A DNA stretch of 64,000 bases. Source: Squalus acanthias (taxonomy: Eukaryota). Below are positions 12,589 through 23,928 of this stretch, piece by piece; position 1 is the stretch's first letter; each line of letters starts with the position of its first letter. Both the position numbers and the translations under genes were made by a program. Below the pieces are notes generated by a model. It ran no database searches. It had not been told where the DNA came from and saw nothing but the letters and a program-made list of their open reading frames with translations. The stretch lies in contig CM059433.1 of assembly GCA_030390025.1 (NCBI GenBank), positions 26,538,001 through 26,602,000 on the forward strand. The letters are read 5' to 3'.

Positions 12589-14900
12589 GGGCTAGAAATT
12601 CATTATAGCCCAGGAATGGGTGGTATCATCAGAAAAGTTGGAGAATTAGCACCAGGCGCTAATGCTTTAGACTGCACGCAAAATTCGTGCTCACTGCTAA
12701 AAAAATGATTGGAGTCCTAAATCAAGTCTTAAAGCCCATGCTCATTGGTGTTACACTCAAAGAGTGGACCAATATCAGGTGCAGTCTAATCGCAATTCAT
12801 CATTGCCACAGGCTTTTTTCAGTACTTAAAGGGGAGGCTCATTGATGATGCAGAACCTCATTCACAGCATTGCTGGCTGCGCAGCTGCCTCAGCAAGCAG
12901 CAGCAGGACAAGGAGAAGGAGCTGGAGGACTGAAGCAGCTGTACTCATGGTAGATCCACGCCCCAGGGAGAGAGCCCGCAGATTCTGCGATCGAGCATTG
13001 GAGGAGTTGGTGTTCGCTATGGAGAGATGGAGGGTGGTGATCTACCAGGCAAGTGGCAGGAGGCCCTCGCCGCAAGTCTTCCGCACCATGTGGAGGGAGG
13101 TAGCGCAGCACGTCTTGGACAGCACTGTGGTCCCCAGGACCTACACACAGTGCAGGAAGAAATTTAACGACCTCACTCGCGTGGTCAGGGTGAGTAAATG
13201 CTTCAACAAATGATACATACCACCATCTGAACCACAGTCTGCACACACTGCCCAAAGCACCACACCCCAGCACTCACCCACCAACAATCTGTACCTACCA
13301 ACACTCACACCCACATCTCACACCTTGCACACAATGACATCTATTCATCTATGGCAGGCACATCAACCAAACATATTGCTCGACACTCACTCACACACTT
13401 TCCTTTCTCTTGCAGGCCAAAGTTGCTCACAACAGGAGGGAGCAGGAGCGCACAGGCGGGGGACAAGCCGACACCCAACCACTGTCTGTGCTGGAGAATA
13501 GAGTGCTGCAGATTATTGGGCGCCAGATGGTGGGTGCCGTGGCCACCGGCAACGTTGACCCCCTTGGGGACAACAACGGTCTGTTCATCCCTACTCCTTC
13601 TTCTCACATTCCACTTCCCCCCCACCCCACAAGCGTTTTGCACTTTCCAGCTAATCATGCTGTATGCATGCATTTCTTCCTTCCTGCCCCCCTCCCCTCA
13701 CCTTTACCTGACTCTTGTGCCTTTATGTTTTCAGATAATGAGCAAGCACCTGAGCAGCCTGTCCCTGAGGACACCGTAGAGAGCGAGGCGGGAGAAGAGG
13801 AGCAGGAAGAAGACACTGCATCACTGCATGTCTCACCCACAGGCACCAGCTCAGATACTGGCACTACACGTTCTTTAGAGGCTAGTATAGTAGCGGGATC
13901 GGCACAGGGTGAGGCACCAGGGATGAGTGGGCTGCAGCAAGACCAGAGGGAAAGAGTAGCTTGGGGGCCAGCTCCCCAGAGGGTGAGTTTGTGCACATAT
14001 TCTGCTGCATAGGACTCAGATGAGGACCTCGATGGGGAGGCGTTTAGAAGAAGGGTGATGGGCATGCACACGGAGATGATAGGTGCAATTGCAAGGGTGC
14101 ACGAGAGCCTCTCAGCAATGGTAAGGAGCGTGGATGAGTCCGCCTTCAACATTGCACAAGGCTCTGCGCACACCATGGAGCCCATCATTTCCAATCTGCA
14201 AAGGATGGTAGACTCCCAGAGAGACCATGGCAGCCCAGACCTGATGCCGCGTGTGATGGGCGATGTGGCAGCTTCCATTGCAGCACAGGCGGAAGCAACG
14301 CAATGTCTTAGTGCTGTAATGCAGTCTATGCTTGGCGGCATCCAATCTCAGACTGCTCTCATGCAGTCTCAGCTTGATGCCACGCAAGCTCTGACTGCTG
14401 CCATCATGGCTGGGTCTACCACCGTTGACTGGGGCTTTCATGGTGTAGCAGCAGGCCAGCAATCTGTGCTGCAACAAATTGCTAGGGATGTTGAGGTGCT
14501 GCCTCGGGGGAGTGGCAGTGTGTCAGTGGAGCAGGAACCTGATGTCCTCTCCCAGGATGACAGCATTCCTGCTCCCACCACTGCCACTCCGCCATTGCCC
14601 TTGTTGCTGCCTGTCATCCAGCCAGCCCAGACTGTTGCCGCCCATGCTGAGGTGGTGCAGTCTACAGCCAGAGCTGGTCGAATTCGTCCTGCAAGGCCAT
14701 CTGAAGTCTCCCGCACGGACACTCAGCAGCCTTCCACCAGCCGTGCTGCAGCCATTGGGCCAACACTTCGTAGGAGGACTAAAGTAGACAAAGGCACAGT
14801 AACGAGAGGCACTAAGGGATTGCACAAGGGTGAATAGTAAATATTGTTGTTGTAAAGATGTGTTCACTGATTTTTGATAAATTTATTAATTCACTTAACC
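12589..14900 (+). mobile_element. Harbinger left half (TIR plus full Myb/SANT gene; transposase half missing)
   Basis: TIR GGGCTAGAAATTC at 12589. Colinear with the deleted copies at 7699 and 10851. No right TIR found. Confidence 0.85.
12947..14837 (+). pseudogene. Harbinger Myb/SANT (trihelix, MSANTD/NAIF1-like) DNA-binding protein; 3 exons (12947-13189, 13416-13578, 13735-14837), 502 codons with one internal TAG at 14010
   Basis: RARRFCDRALEELV...WREVA...RTYTQCRKKFNDL domain. GT-AG introns (AGG|GTGAGT, TTGCAG|, G|GTCTGT, TTTCAG|) have matching phases 0 and 1. ORFs 13410..14012 and 14055..14837 are in the same frame. Confidence 0.85.
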
Positions 14901-15061
14901 ACACAACGATCATAATGTGATCAAGTTCAGCGTAGTGTTTGAAAGGGAGAAATGCAAAACAGTTACTAAGGGGGCTAAATTTGATAGCCCCCAAAAACAG
15001 ATGCGGCGATCGCGATGCGCAATTAACTCGCGCCTGTTGCTTCTGATACAGGCAGCATGCA

Positions 15062-15078
15062 AACCCTAACCCTAACCC
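15062..15078 (+). repeat. Short interstitial telomeric repeat AACCCTAACCCTAACCC
   Basis: 17 nt of perfect (CCCTAA)n, absent from the homologous Harbinger end at ~44670-44690. Confidence 0.7.
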
Positions 15079-15202
15079 AAACTTCGTGCTGCCTGCTCAT
15101 TTAAATGATTGCAGCGTTGAGGCAGCACTAAACATGCTGTTGAGTGGCTGAGCACCTCAGTGGGGGCCCAAGTTTGTGCGAGGCTAGCACCACTTAAAGC
15201 TA

Positions 15203-15342
15203 CAACAACACAAAAGCAAAATACTGCAGATGCTGGGAATCTGAAATAAAAACAGGATATGCTAGAAATACTCAGCAGGTCAGGCAGCATCTGTGGAAAG
15301 TGAAACAGAGTTAACGTTTCAGGTCGATGACCTTTCATCAGA
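15203..15342 (-). mobile_element. Short Penelope-like (pseudo-LTR-derived) insertion, 140 bp
   Basis: 11-bp TSD ACTTAAAGCTA (15192-15202 and 15343-15353). Same family as 23653-23796 and decayed copies near 36990-37060 and 42190-42280. Carries a hammerhead motif. Confidence 0.8.
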
Positions 15343-15345
15343 ACT
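15309..15345 (-). ncRNA. Minimal type I hammerhead ribozyme motif
   Basis: Minus strand reads AGUU-CUGAUGA-A-AGGUC(AUC)GACCU-GAA-ACGU-U^AACU: intact core, 5-bp stem II, 4-bp stem I, and palindromic ACGU in place of stem III. Confidence 0.75.
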
Positions 15346-16617
15346 TAAAGCTAGCCTTCACTACTTAAAGCCAAGCTGCTCCTCTTAAAGGGTGGTGCAT
15401 TCTGGCAGGAGCAGGTGCTGGAAGTGGCTGGGGAAGAGAGTCTGACTTGCAAGAACAGTGACTAATGGTGCAACAGGGGAGAGAGCGTGCTGCAAGTTTC
15501 TCAGATGCTGCACTGGAAGCCTTCATGCAGGAGGTGGACAGGAGGAGAGAGGTCCTCTATCCATTGGAGGCCAGGAGGCCCTCTAGACAAACTCTGTGAA
15601 GGCACTGGGAGCAGGTATTCGTGACGGTCAATGCCAGAAGTCAAGCCCTGAGGACCTGGATGCAGTGCCGCAAAAAGTTCAATGACCTCACATGAGTGGT
15701 GAAGGTCAGTGAATTAATCTTCAAATGCCATATCCCATCAACTGCACCAGTAGCCTCACACACTGCTCAATGCACCACACCCCCATCACTCACCTACCAA
15801 CAATCTCTATCAAACAGGACTCATACCTCACATTCATAGCTTCACCTCACCCTCACATACTGCTGCAAGTCTCACATCCACATCTCACAGTACACACTGC
15901 CAGCTATTCAACCATAACATGCACATCACCCAAACACATTCTACCACACTCACTGAAACACATCCCTCGGTCTTGTAGGACAAGTTGGCGCATAACCGGA
16001 GGCAGCAGGAGTTAACTGGCGGTGGAGAGGCGCGCCTGCATCACCTTACCCCGATGAAGGAGACGATGGTCACCATAATTGGAGTGGCCATTGCTGAACC
16101 CGTGGCCAGCAGCAGGGCTGAATCCATCGAATGTGATGTTATCTTCATACCTAATCCTCCTTCTCACATCCTACTTCCCCCTCATCCCACAATCTCTTTT
16201 GATTTAAAAGCTGCTGAAGGTGTAAGCATGCACCTCTTATTGTCCCCCTCCCCGCACTACAACCCTACCCTTGTGCCTTTCTCCTTTCAGATACCCAAGA
16301 ACTGCAACCTGGCCAGTCAGTGCTGGCAGAGCAACAGGTGGAAGAGGAAGAAGATAGTGATGATGAAGACACAGCACCACCACTTGATTTCACACTCACA
16401 GCCACCACCTCAGATACTGACACTCTGCGGACTTTAGAGGATTGCTTAGACACGTGATCTGCATGTGGTGAGACACCGGGCATGAGTGGCCTGCAGCCAG
16501 GGTAGAGGGCAAGGGTAGTGCAGGTGCCAGCTCCCCGGAGGGCGAGGTCGCATACGAGTTCTGCTGTAGAGGACAGATGAGCACTTCGATGGGGCAGGCT
16601 ACCGAAGATGGCTGATG

Positions 16618-16805
16618 GGTAAACTATCCCTCCTCGTCCTTCTCAACCTGTCTGCAGCCTTTGACACGGTTGACCACACCAACCTCCCCCAACGCCTCTC
16701 CACCGTCGTCCAGCTGGGTGGGACTGCACTCGCCAAGTTCCATTCTTAGCTATCTAATTGTAGCCAGAGAATAACCTCCATTGGCTTCTCTTCCTGTTCC
16801 CGCAC
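16618..16805 (+). mobile_element. L2 LINE RT fragment
   Basis: GKLSLLVLLNLSAAFDTVDH motif. Inverted homologue of ~18040-18215. Confidence 0.85.
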
Positions 16806-19800
16806 CACAGTCAAGTCTAGAGGTAACAAAGGCGTGGATGAGGGTTACAGCAGCAGATAAGCTGAGGCAAGGGCAGAGTTGGGCAATGTTACCGAGGTGG
16901 AAATAGACGGTCTTAGTTATGCTGTGGATATGTGGTTGGAAGCTCATTTCGGGGTCAAATGTGACACCAAGGTTGTGAACTGTGTGATTCAGCCTCACAC
17001 AGTTGCCAGGGAGAGGGATGGAGTTGGTGGCAAGGGAATGGAGTTTGTGGCAGGAACTGAAGACACTGGGCCGTATTTTGCGAGGCGTACGCGCCCGTAG
17101 GGGCCGCGCAAGTGCCAGGTTTAGGCATGCGAAGCGCACGCGCTAAAACACCAGGAACTTGCAATCTGTCAAGAATCTTCTTGACAGATCCTCCGCATCA
17201 CTGGGAGAAGGGCCTCTGCGGGTGGAGAGTTGCGCTATTTGCCCAACTTCCGCCTGCTGAATGCCCATGAAATTCTTACGCCTGGTAAAAGCAGGCATCA
17301 GAAAATAGAAAAATAAAATGTTATCACTCATTTATACCTTAAAAACCCTGTCCAGTAAGGTAAGTTTATTTTTAGCCCCGTTAAAACATATTTAAAAGAT
17401 TTCAAAAATTTAATTTTTGTTCAAAATATTTAATTAAATGGCATTTTAATTATTTTTAAATAAGTAATTAAAAAAAATATATTTCATGTGTTTGTGTATT
17501 TTTTAAGTGATCCCCATTCATACTTATGGGAGTTCCATACATACGGAACTCCCATAAGTATGAATGGGGATTCCTGTCTTGTATTGGTTGGGCCGGCCCA
17601 CCTGATCCCAGAGGCGCTTGCAAACCGCATGCGTCCCTTGGATACATGGGCCTCTGCCCGCGAGTACCCGGAGAGGCCCAGGATCACAAGTCTCCATACC
17701 TCCCGGGCCACCAGGTAAATTCGTAGATTTTTTACAGGTCGGAGGCATCTGCCTGCAGGAAGCCTCCAATCACAAATTTTGAGCCAATGGCTTTGGTCTT
17801 CCCAATATTAAGTTGGAGGAAATTTCAGCTTATCCAGTACTGGATGTCGGACAAGCAGTCTGACAATATAGAGTTAGTGGAGGGGTCGAGAGAGGTGGAG
17901 GTGAGGTAGAGCTGGGTATCACCAGTGTACATGTGGAAACTGACGGCGTGTTTTCAAATTATGTCTCCAAAGGGAAGCATGTAGATGAGAAATAGGATGG
18001 GGACAAGAATAGATCCTTGGGAGACACCAGTGGTAACGGGAACAGAAGCCGTTGCAGGTGATTCTCTGGCTACGATTAGATAGATAAGAATGGAACCAGG
18101 CGAGTGCAGTCCCACCCAGCTGGACGACGTTGGAGAGGCGTTGGAGGAGAATGGAGTGGTCAACCGTGTCAAAGGCTGCAGACAGATGGAGGAGGACAAG
18201 GAGGGATAGTTTACCATTGTCACCTTCACCTAGGATGTCATTTGTGATTTTGGTAGGAGCTGTTATGGTACTGTGACGGGGGCGGAACCTGATTGCAGGG
18301 ATTCAAACATGGAGTTCTGGAAAAGATGAGCATGAATTTGGCAGGCGACAACATGTTCAAGGATTTTGGAGAGGAAAGGGAGGTTGGAGTTGGGGCGGTA
18401 GTTTGCAAGGCCGGAGGGGTCAAGGATTGTATTTTTGAGGAGAAGCGATGACGGCAGATTTGAAGGAGAGGGGGACAGTACCTGAGGAGAGAGAACCATT
18501 AACAATATCAGCTAACATGGGAGGCAGGAGAGGGCATGAGGGGAAATAGGAGAGAAACTAGAGAAAGATGTGAATTCAGAGTTAGGGCAGGAGGTAACAT
18601 TGAGGAAGTTAGGCCCGGTGGGCTTGGGGAAGGGAGAGACACAGCAGAGGCAGCTGAACAGATGGTCTTGATCTTTGTAAGAAAAAAGTCCATGAGCTCC
18701 TCACACTCATTGTTGGAGGTGAGGGTGAAGGAGGCAGGGGAAGGTGGTTTAAGAAGACAGTTTGTGGTGGAGAAGAGAAGCCGGGTGTTATCTTTGCCGT
18801 CCTGGATGATCTTTGAATAGTTGGCAGTTTTAGCAGTGAAGAGCAGGATCCGATAATGCTTTCTGTGATCCAGACAGATCTGGTGATGGATGGTTAAACA
18901 AGTTGTCTGCCAAAGCAGTTCAAATCTGTATCTCTTGGACTTAAGGGAGCGGAGATGAGGGCTATACCTTGGGGAACGACTAGGGTGAGAGAGTGTAATG
19001 TTTTTAATGGGGACAAGGGCATCCAAAGGTGGTGGAGAGGGTGTGATTTAGCAAATCAGTAGCTACAGAAATGTCATGATGAATAGTAGGCCAAAGGCTT
19101 GATAGTTGGGAATTTGAAAGTGCAGTGGTAAGAGATTTGAAGGAGAGTTTTTTCCAGGGGCAGAGACAGAAAGAAGTGGGGTTGGGAGGGGGAAGGGGAA
19201 TATGGGTAGAGAGTGATATAAGGGAATGATCAGAGATGGCCTTATCAGTGATAGTTACGATGGAAATAGCGAGGCCACGTGAGATGGCAAGTGTATATGG
19301 GTAGGGGAGTTTATATGGAGGGAGAGATTTAGGGAGGAAAGGAAGACAGTGATCTCAGAGGAGAGAGAGCAAGAAGAGTTGAGGTGGAGGTTGAAATCAC
19401 CGAGGATGGGAAGTTGCTCAGTGCAGAGGCAGAGGGAGGAAAACAGAGAAGATATCTCAGTGAGAAACTTGGTGTGATACTTGGGTGGGCGATACAGAAC
19501 AAGGATTTTAAAAGAGAGGCGTGAGGAGTGGAACAAGGTGAGATGCTCAAAGGAGGAGAGGTTGCCAGAGGAGTAGGGAGACAGACCAAGGTGTGATTTA
19601 GAGATAAGAGCGATACCACCACCACAGTGGTTTGAGCGGGGAAAATGATGGCAAGTATAGCCAGGCGGGGAAGTTTCATTAAGGTGAAAGTATCATCACC
19701 CTTCAACCATGTCTCTGTCAAGTCCAAGATGTCAATGTGATCGTCCACAATAAGCTCATGGATGGCAAGGCCCTTATTCACAAGTGAACTTACATTTTGA

Positions 19801-20270
19801 AGGAGATGTGGAAAGGGGCGATGATAGCCAATCCACTAGCAGAGTCCACAGTGCAGAGCTGGGATCGATGAAAGGAAGGGAAGGAGGTTGGCAAGATTAG
19901 CCCCTGGCAGGCGCACGGGGAGGTGGGGCAATTGGTGTTAGGAGGCAGCAATGAGTGCCTCGGTGGGCCTTTCGGAGGATGCCAAGAGAGGCACAGAGGG
20001 AAGCTGTAGGATTATTCAAGAGGGAGTCAAGCCTGGGACGGCGGCAGGAGAGTAGGAAAGACGATGACCACTGAAGAATTGGGGTTTGTGAGGGTAGACT
20101 ACCCGAGGGTGGAGAAAAGAAAGGAGGCATGATGTCGGGAGGGGTAAAGAGAAAAAAGGAAAAAGGGATAGAAAAGGGTAAATAGAAATGATGGGCTTGG
20201 GTCCGGAGCGGCAGCCAAAACGTGCACCCGAATGGGCACTGGGGAAGCTAAGCTACATGGACATGGTTAT
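16806..20270 (-). mobile_element. L2 LINE ORF2 (APE endonuclease + RT), decayed and 3'-truncated
   Basis: LTETWLK, LYRPPK, ILGDFN, NYRPNSNLPFLSKILE, GVSQGSIL and LIHAFVTSRLD motifs across frameshifted ORFs. Confidence 0.9.
17068..17785. mobile_element. Harbinger MITE, family A, inserted in L2
   Basis: Colinear with 4228-4980. Flanks ACT/AAT. L2 sequence rejoins across it. Confidence 0.85.
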
Positions 20271-20306
20271 ATGCTAGTTCAAGATAGCTATGCTTTGAAA
20301 AGTACA

Positions 20307-20606
20307 TGATGTGAGATGCCGGTGTTGGACTGGGGTGGACAAATGTGAGAAGTCGCACAACACCAGGTTATAGTCCAACAGCTTTATTTGAAATCACAAG
20401 CTTTCAGAGCGCTGCTCCTTCGTCAGGTGAAGTGAAGAGATGCATATAGGCACAGCATATATAGTCAGAGAACACTGCCAGGTGATTACAGTTAATCTTT
20501 CTAATTGCCATGATTATCTCTCTGCCGAGGTGTGATGAAGCTCCGACAGCTTGTGATTTCAAATAAAGCTGTTGGACTATAACCTGGTGTTGTGCGACTT
20601 CTCACA
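20307..20606 (-). mobile_element. Penelope-like insertion with inverted pseudo-LTR ends, 300 bp
   Basis: 13-bp TSD TTTGAAAAGTACA (20294-20306 and 20607-20619). Perfect 63-bp inverted repeat 20340-20402 / 20548-20610. Carries a hammerhead motif. Confidence 0.8.
20394..20430 (-). ncRNA. Minimal type I hammerhead ribozyme motif
   Basis: Minus strand reads UCAC-CUGACGA-A-GGAGC(AGC)GCUCU-GAA-AGCU-U^GUGA: intact core, stems I and II, palindromic AGCU. Confidence 0.75.
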
Positions 20607-22094
20607 TTTGAAAAGTACAGGGAGTAGAATGGAGACAACATGTGGGAAAAACTAGATTTAAAGTCAGAGGTCTGATAAAGTTGATGGTCGGGTGAAATCA
20701 GCGACAAATTGATGTCCAGGTACTGAGACAGGTGAGTGAGACCAGGGGCTATTTGACGGGCAGAGCATTTGGATGTGAATTTCCAATAATTAAAAATGTT
20801 TCCTGTGGCAGTATTGAAACAGTTGTTGCTGGTGCCTAGACTTCCACCTGGAGATACGTCAGTCACTGGTGCCTGTGGCTGGATCCCTCGGGAATCACTG
20901 TTGATAAATCTAAAAGTCGCAATAACGAATCTCCATTTTTCCAACCATCAAACAGAGAATCAAGAATTGTGTTAGTGAAACAAGTTGATAGTTTCCTATT
21001 AATTTTAAAGTGAATCACAAATTAATTTAAAAGAGCAATAAGTTAAATGATTGAAAATTAATTAATTCTCTAGCTGCCCCTGCCAGTAGATCAAAATCCA
21101 CAGTGAGGAGTACCATTGCTCCAACTGCTGGTAAAATAAGGCTCTTGGGGAGATTTGACAGTGGGGCAGCCTGAGGTTGTGGAGCACGTCCTTAGCAACA
21201 GGCTCTATTGCCTAGCCTTCACAAGAAGAAACCGAGCGTGGTCGCCCCCAATTTGATTTAATTTGATTTGAGATGCCGAGCCCGATTTCCTCCAGGTAGT
21301 CGAAGTGATATTTTTTCTGCCGTTGAAATCTAAGGTCATCCCCAACAACAGAATCAATTACTACAGCTGACAATTTCCCTCACACACATCCAACTTTATA
21401 TCAGATACATTCTGATAGATTTTATCAACAATTTCATTCCATTATTCGATATTCCTCTCTCGGGAGCCGGGATTAGTAATTTAGTTAGTAATTTCCTCGG
21501 ACCACTGGAACATTTAAACCAGTCGTTACCGCAGCCATTTTGGAACAACGAAAGGTGACAAAACAGATATTAAGAGCATAAAGGAAGTATGAAAAGAAAC
21601 TTGCAAGAGATATCAAAATCAACACAAAATTTTTTTACAATTATATTTGGAGAAAGAGGGTAATGTGGGTGCCTTGAAAATTGATAACGGTGATATCATC
21701 AATGATAATAAGGAAATGGTGGACATGTGGAATAATTACTTTGTGTCAGCATTTACAGTAGAGGAAGAGGATAGCATGCCAGACATCCCAAGGAAACTAC
21801 TATTGAATCAGGAACAGGGACTCACCAAAATTAATGTAAGCAAAATAACAGTAATGAAGAAAATAATGGCACTAAAGAGTGACGAATCCCCAGGGCCAGA
21901 TCGTATCCATCCCAGGGTTTCAAACGAAGTAGGTGAGCACATTGCAGATGCTTTAACTATAATCTTCCAAAGTTTGCGCAATTTGGGAACCGTTCCTTTA
22001 GATTGGAAAATTGCTCATGTCACTCTGCTATTTAAGATAGGTGAGAGAGGGAAAGCAGGTAATTATAGAGCATCTGTTGTCAGGAAATTACTAG

Positions 22095-22842
22095 GGGCTA
22101 GAAATTCCGTAGTGCCCCGTTTGGGCGATAACTTTTGCAGGAGCGCAAAGGTATCGCCGGGTGCTACACAATTGATTCCGATGGGAACTTCCGTTTTAGC
22201 GCTCCAAGAGGGAAGTGGAGCGCCAAATCAAGCACTACCACTTCCCTTAGAGCGCTAAAGGGAGCGAGAGGGGCGGTATCGGCAGAGCGCTGCACAATGT
22301 CCCGTGCAGCGCTGCCGGTTTTACAGGCTCCTTCCCTCCCTTAAAGGGAAGGGCCAATGCTGCGGTCATTGAAGGCTAAGTCTGGGAATGGTCGTTGACA
22401 GCACCTGCGATACGTGCATAGCAGCCCCAAGCACTCTAAGAGAGTGCAGGGCTGATCAATCGTGGGCTGGAAAAAATCAAAATACAGCACACTGTGGACA
22501 TTATTAAATTTTGGCCTACCTGACCACCACTGCCTTTAATTAGCGCTCCCCAAGCGGCCAGCCGAGGTGACAACGCCCCCTGCAGCTGCCGTTGTTGACG
22601 CCCGGCAATGCTGCAGGGGCCGGAAGCAAATTTTACATCCGGAGCGATAACGGGGCGCTGCGACGTCACAATCTCCGGGGCGCAGGTGATCGAGGCGGTA
22701 CGTTTTAGCGCCAGCGCTAACCCACCATGGAAGTTCACAGGCATCGGTAATTTCGCCGCACCTGGTCAATAGGCCCTTAGCGCCCCATTATCGCCTCCCG
22801 GGGGTGAAAACGGGAGACGCAAAGGAGGCCAATTTCTCCCCC
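22095..22842. mobile_element. Harbinger MITE
   Basis: GGGCTAGAAATTCC ... CCAATTTCTCCCCC, with (C)TAG duplicated on both flanks. Confidence 0.8.
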
Positions 22843-23234
22843 CTAGAGTCTATAATGAAGGATAGAGGCCTAGAAATTCGCTACCTTATCACCATCCGTT
22901 AGCACCGCAATCCTGGCGAAAAATAGCAGCCGCCACTCTAACGCCCTTCTCTGGCGCGGGATTGGTAGCCGCCAATTTGCTGAGGGCCTTAGCGCTGCCG
23001 ATAGCAGCACTGGCCCTGGAGATGCAAATGGGGAGAGTGTGAAGTCAGCCAGCGTGCAACGCCGACTTAATGTCACGTTCTAGGAACTTTGACCTTCGCG
23101 CTGAGTTTAGTGCTGGATTCTAAGCTCGCTCTGAAAAGCGAGTGTGCAGCAGACTGACAGAGACGCTGTCAGCACATCTTAAAGGGACACACACATCTTT
23201 CAGGTAAGTTTGCATTTAAGCTTTGGACTGGATT

Positions 23235-23580
23235 TTTTATATTTTATTCTTTTTTCGTACGGTAGTAGCAAAGCAAATCAGATGTCAATATCCAAGTCAG
23301 ATATCCAGGCCAAAGCTTCCGGTGTAACAGCGTGGATATCTTGTAGGCCACCTGCGAATTTCGTCAGAGGGCAGTCCTCAATGATGTGCTCCAGGGTCTG
23401 ATTAGGAACTCCACAGTCGCATGATGGGGATGCTTTAATTTTCCATCTATGGAGAAGGTGGCAGCATCTGCCAGGTGGCTGGTGGTTGTCCACTGTTTGC
23501 AAGGAAGGTTTGATCCTTCAGGTTGTACTGCGGGGTCCTCTATAAGGAATCCATTTTATTGAAGTAGAGGCTTGGTGCAA
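23235..23580 (-). mobile_element. 3' end of a Vingi/Ingi-like (I group) LINE
   Basis: C-terminal CCHC knuckle GRCCHLLHRW...SCDCGVPNQTLEHIIEDCP...FAGGL, a very short 3' UTR ending CCGTACG, and an A-rich tail. Clade call from memory of the family. Confidence 0.65.
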
Positions 23581-23652
23581 CACTTGTTAAAAGTTTTTTA
23601 AGCATGCCAGGAGTGCTGCTGGATGCTTGCAAGGCAAAGGAAGGCCCTTGAG

Positions 23653-23796
23653 AATACAGAAAATGCTGGAAATACTCAACAGGTCAGGCAGCATCCGTGG
23701 AGAGAGAAACAGAGTTCACATCTCAGGTTGAGATGCTGCCTGACCTGCTGAGTATTTCCAGCATTTTCTGCTTTTATTTCAGATTTCCAGCATCTG
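23653..23796. mobile_element. Penelope-like fold-back fragment
   Basis: 39-bp arms 23657-23695 / 23732-23770 with 1 mismatch. Same family as 15203-15342. The loop holds a decayed hammerhead half. Confidence 0.75.
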
Positions 23797-23928
23797 CTCG
23801 CAGAGGGAAGAGGAAGACACAGAAGAGGAAGTCACAGAAGAGAAAGATGCAGAAGAGGAAGAAGCAGAAGAGGAGAAAACAATCCAACTTTACACATCTA
23901 TCCATCCAACATGACATCAAGAAATCAA

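Larger units (their letters stand above)
14970..16617 (+). mobile_element. Harbinger left portion with Myb/SANT pseudogene (exon 1 15465-15704, exon 2 from 15979, exon 3 from 16291), truncated by L2
   Basis: TIR GGGGCTAAATTTGATAGCCC (same end in reverse at 44600-44771). RERAASFSDAALEAF...RTWMQCRKKFNDL with two TGA stops. Exon 2 reads DKLAHNRRQQELTGGG. Confidence 0.85.

Noticed and set aside
13655..14867. Long minus-strand ORFs opposite the Myb gene
   Set aside because: Antisense shadows of a GC-rich coding frame with no recognisable domain.
20501..20944. 147-aa minus-strand ORF
   Set aside because: Runs across a Penelope insert boundary and has no recognisable motif.
23810..23880. 15-bp purine repeat giving a Lys/Arg-rich ORF
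   Set aside because: In another frame it is the acidic tail of a Harbinger protein relic; it is not a gene or CRISPR array.
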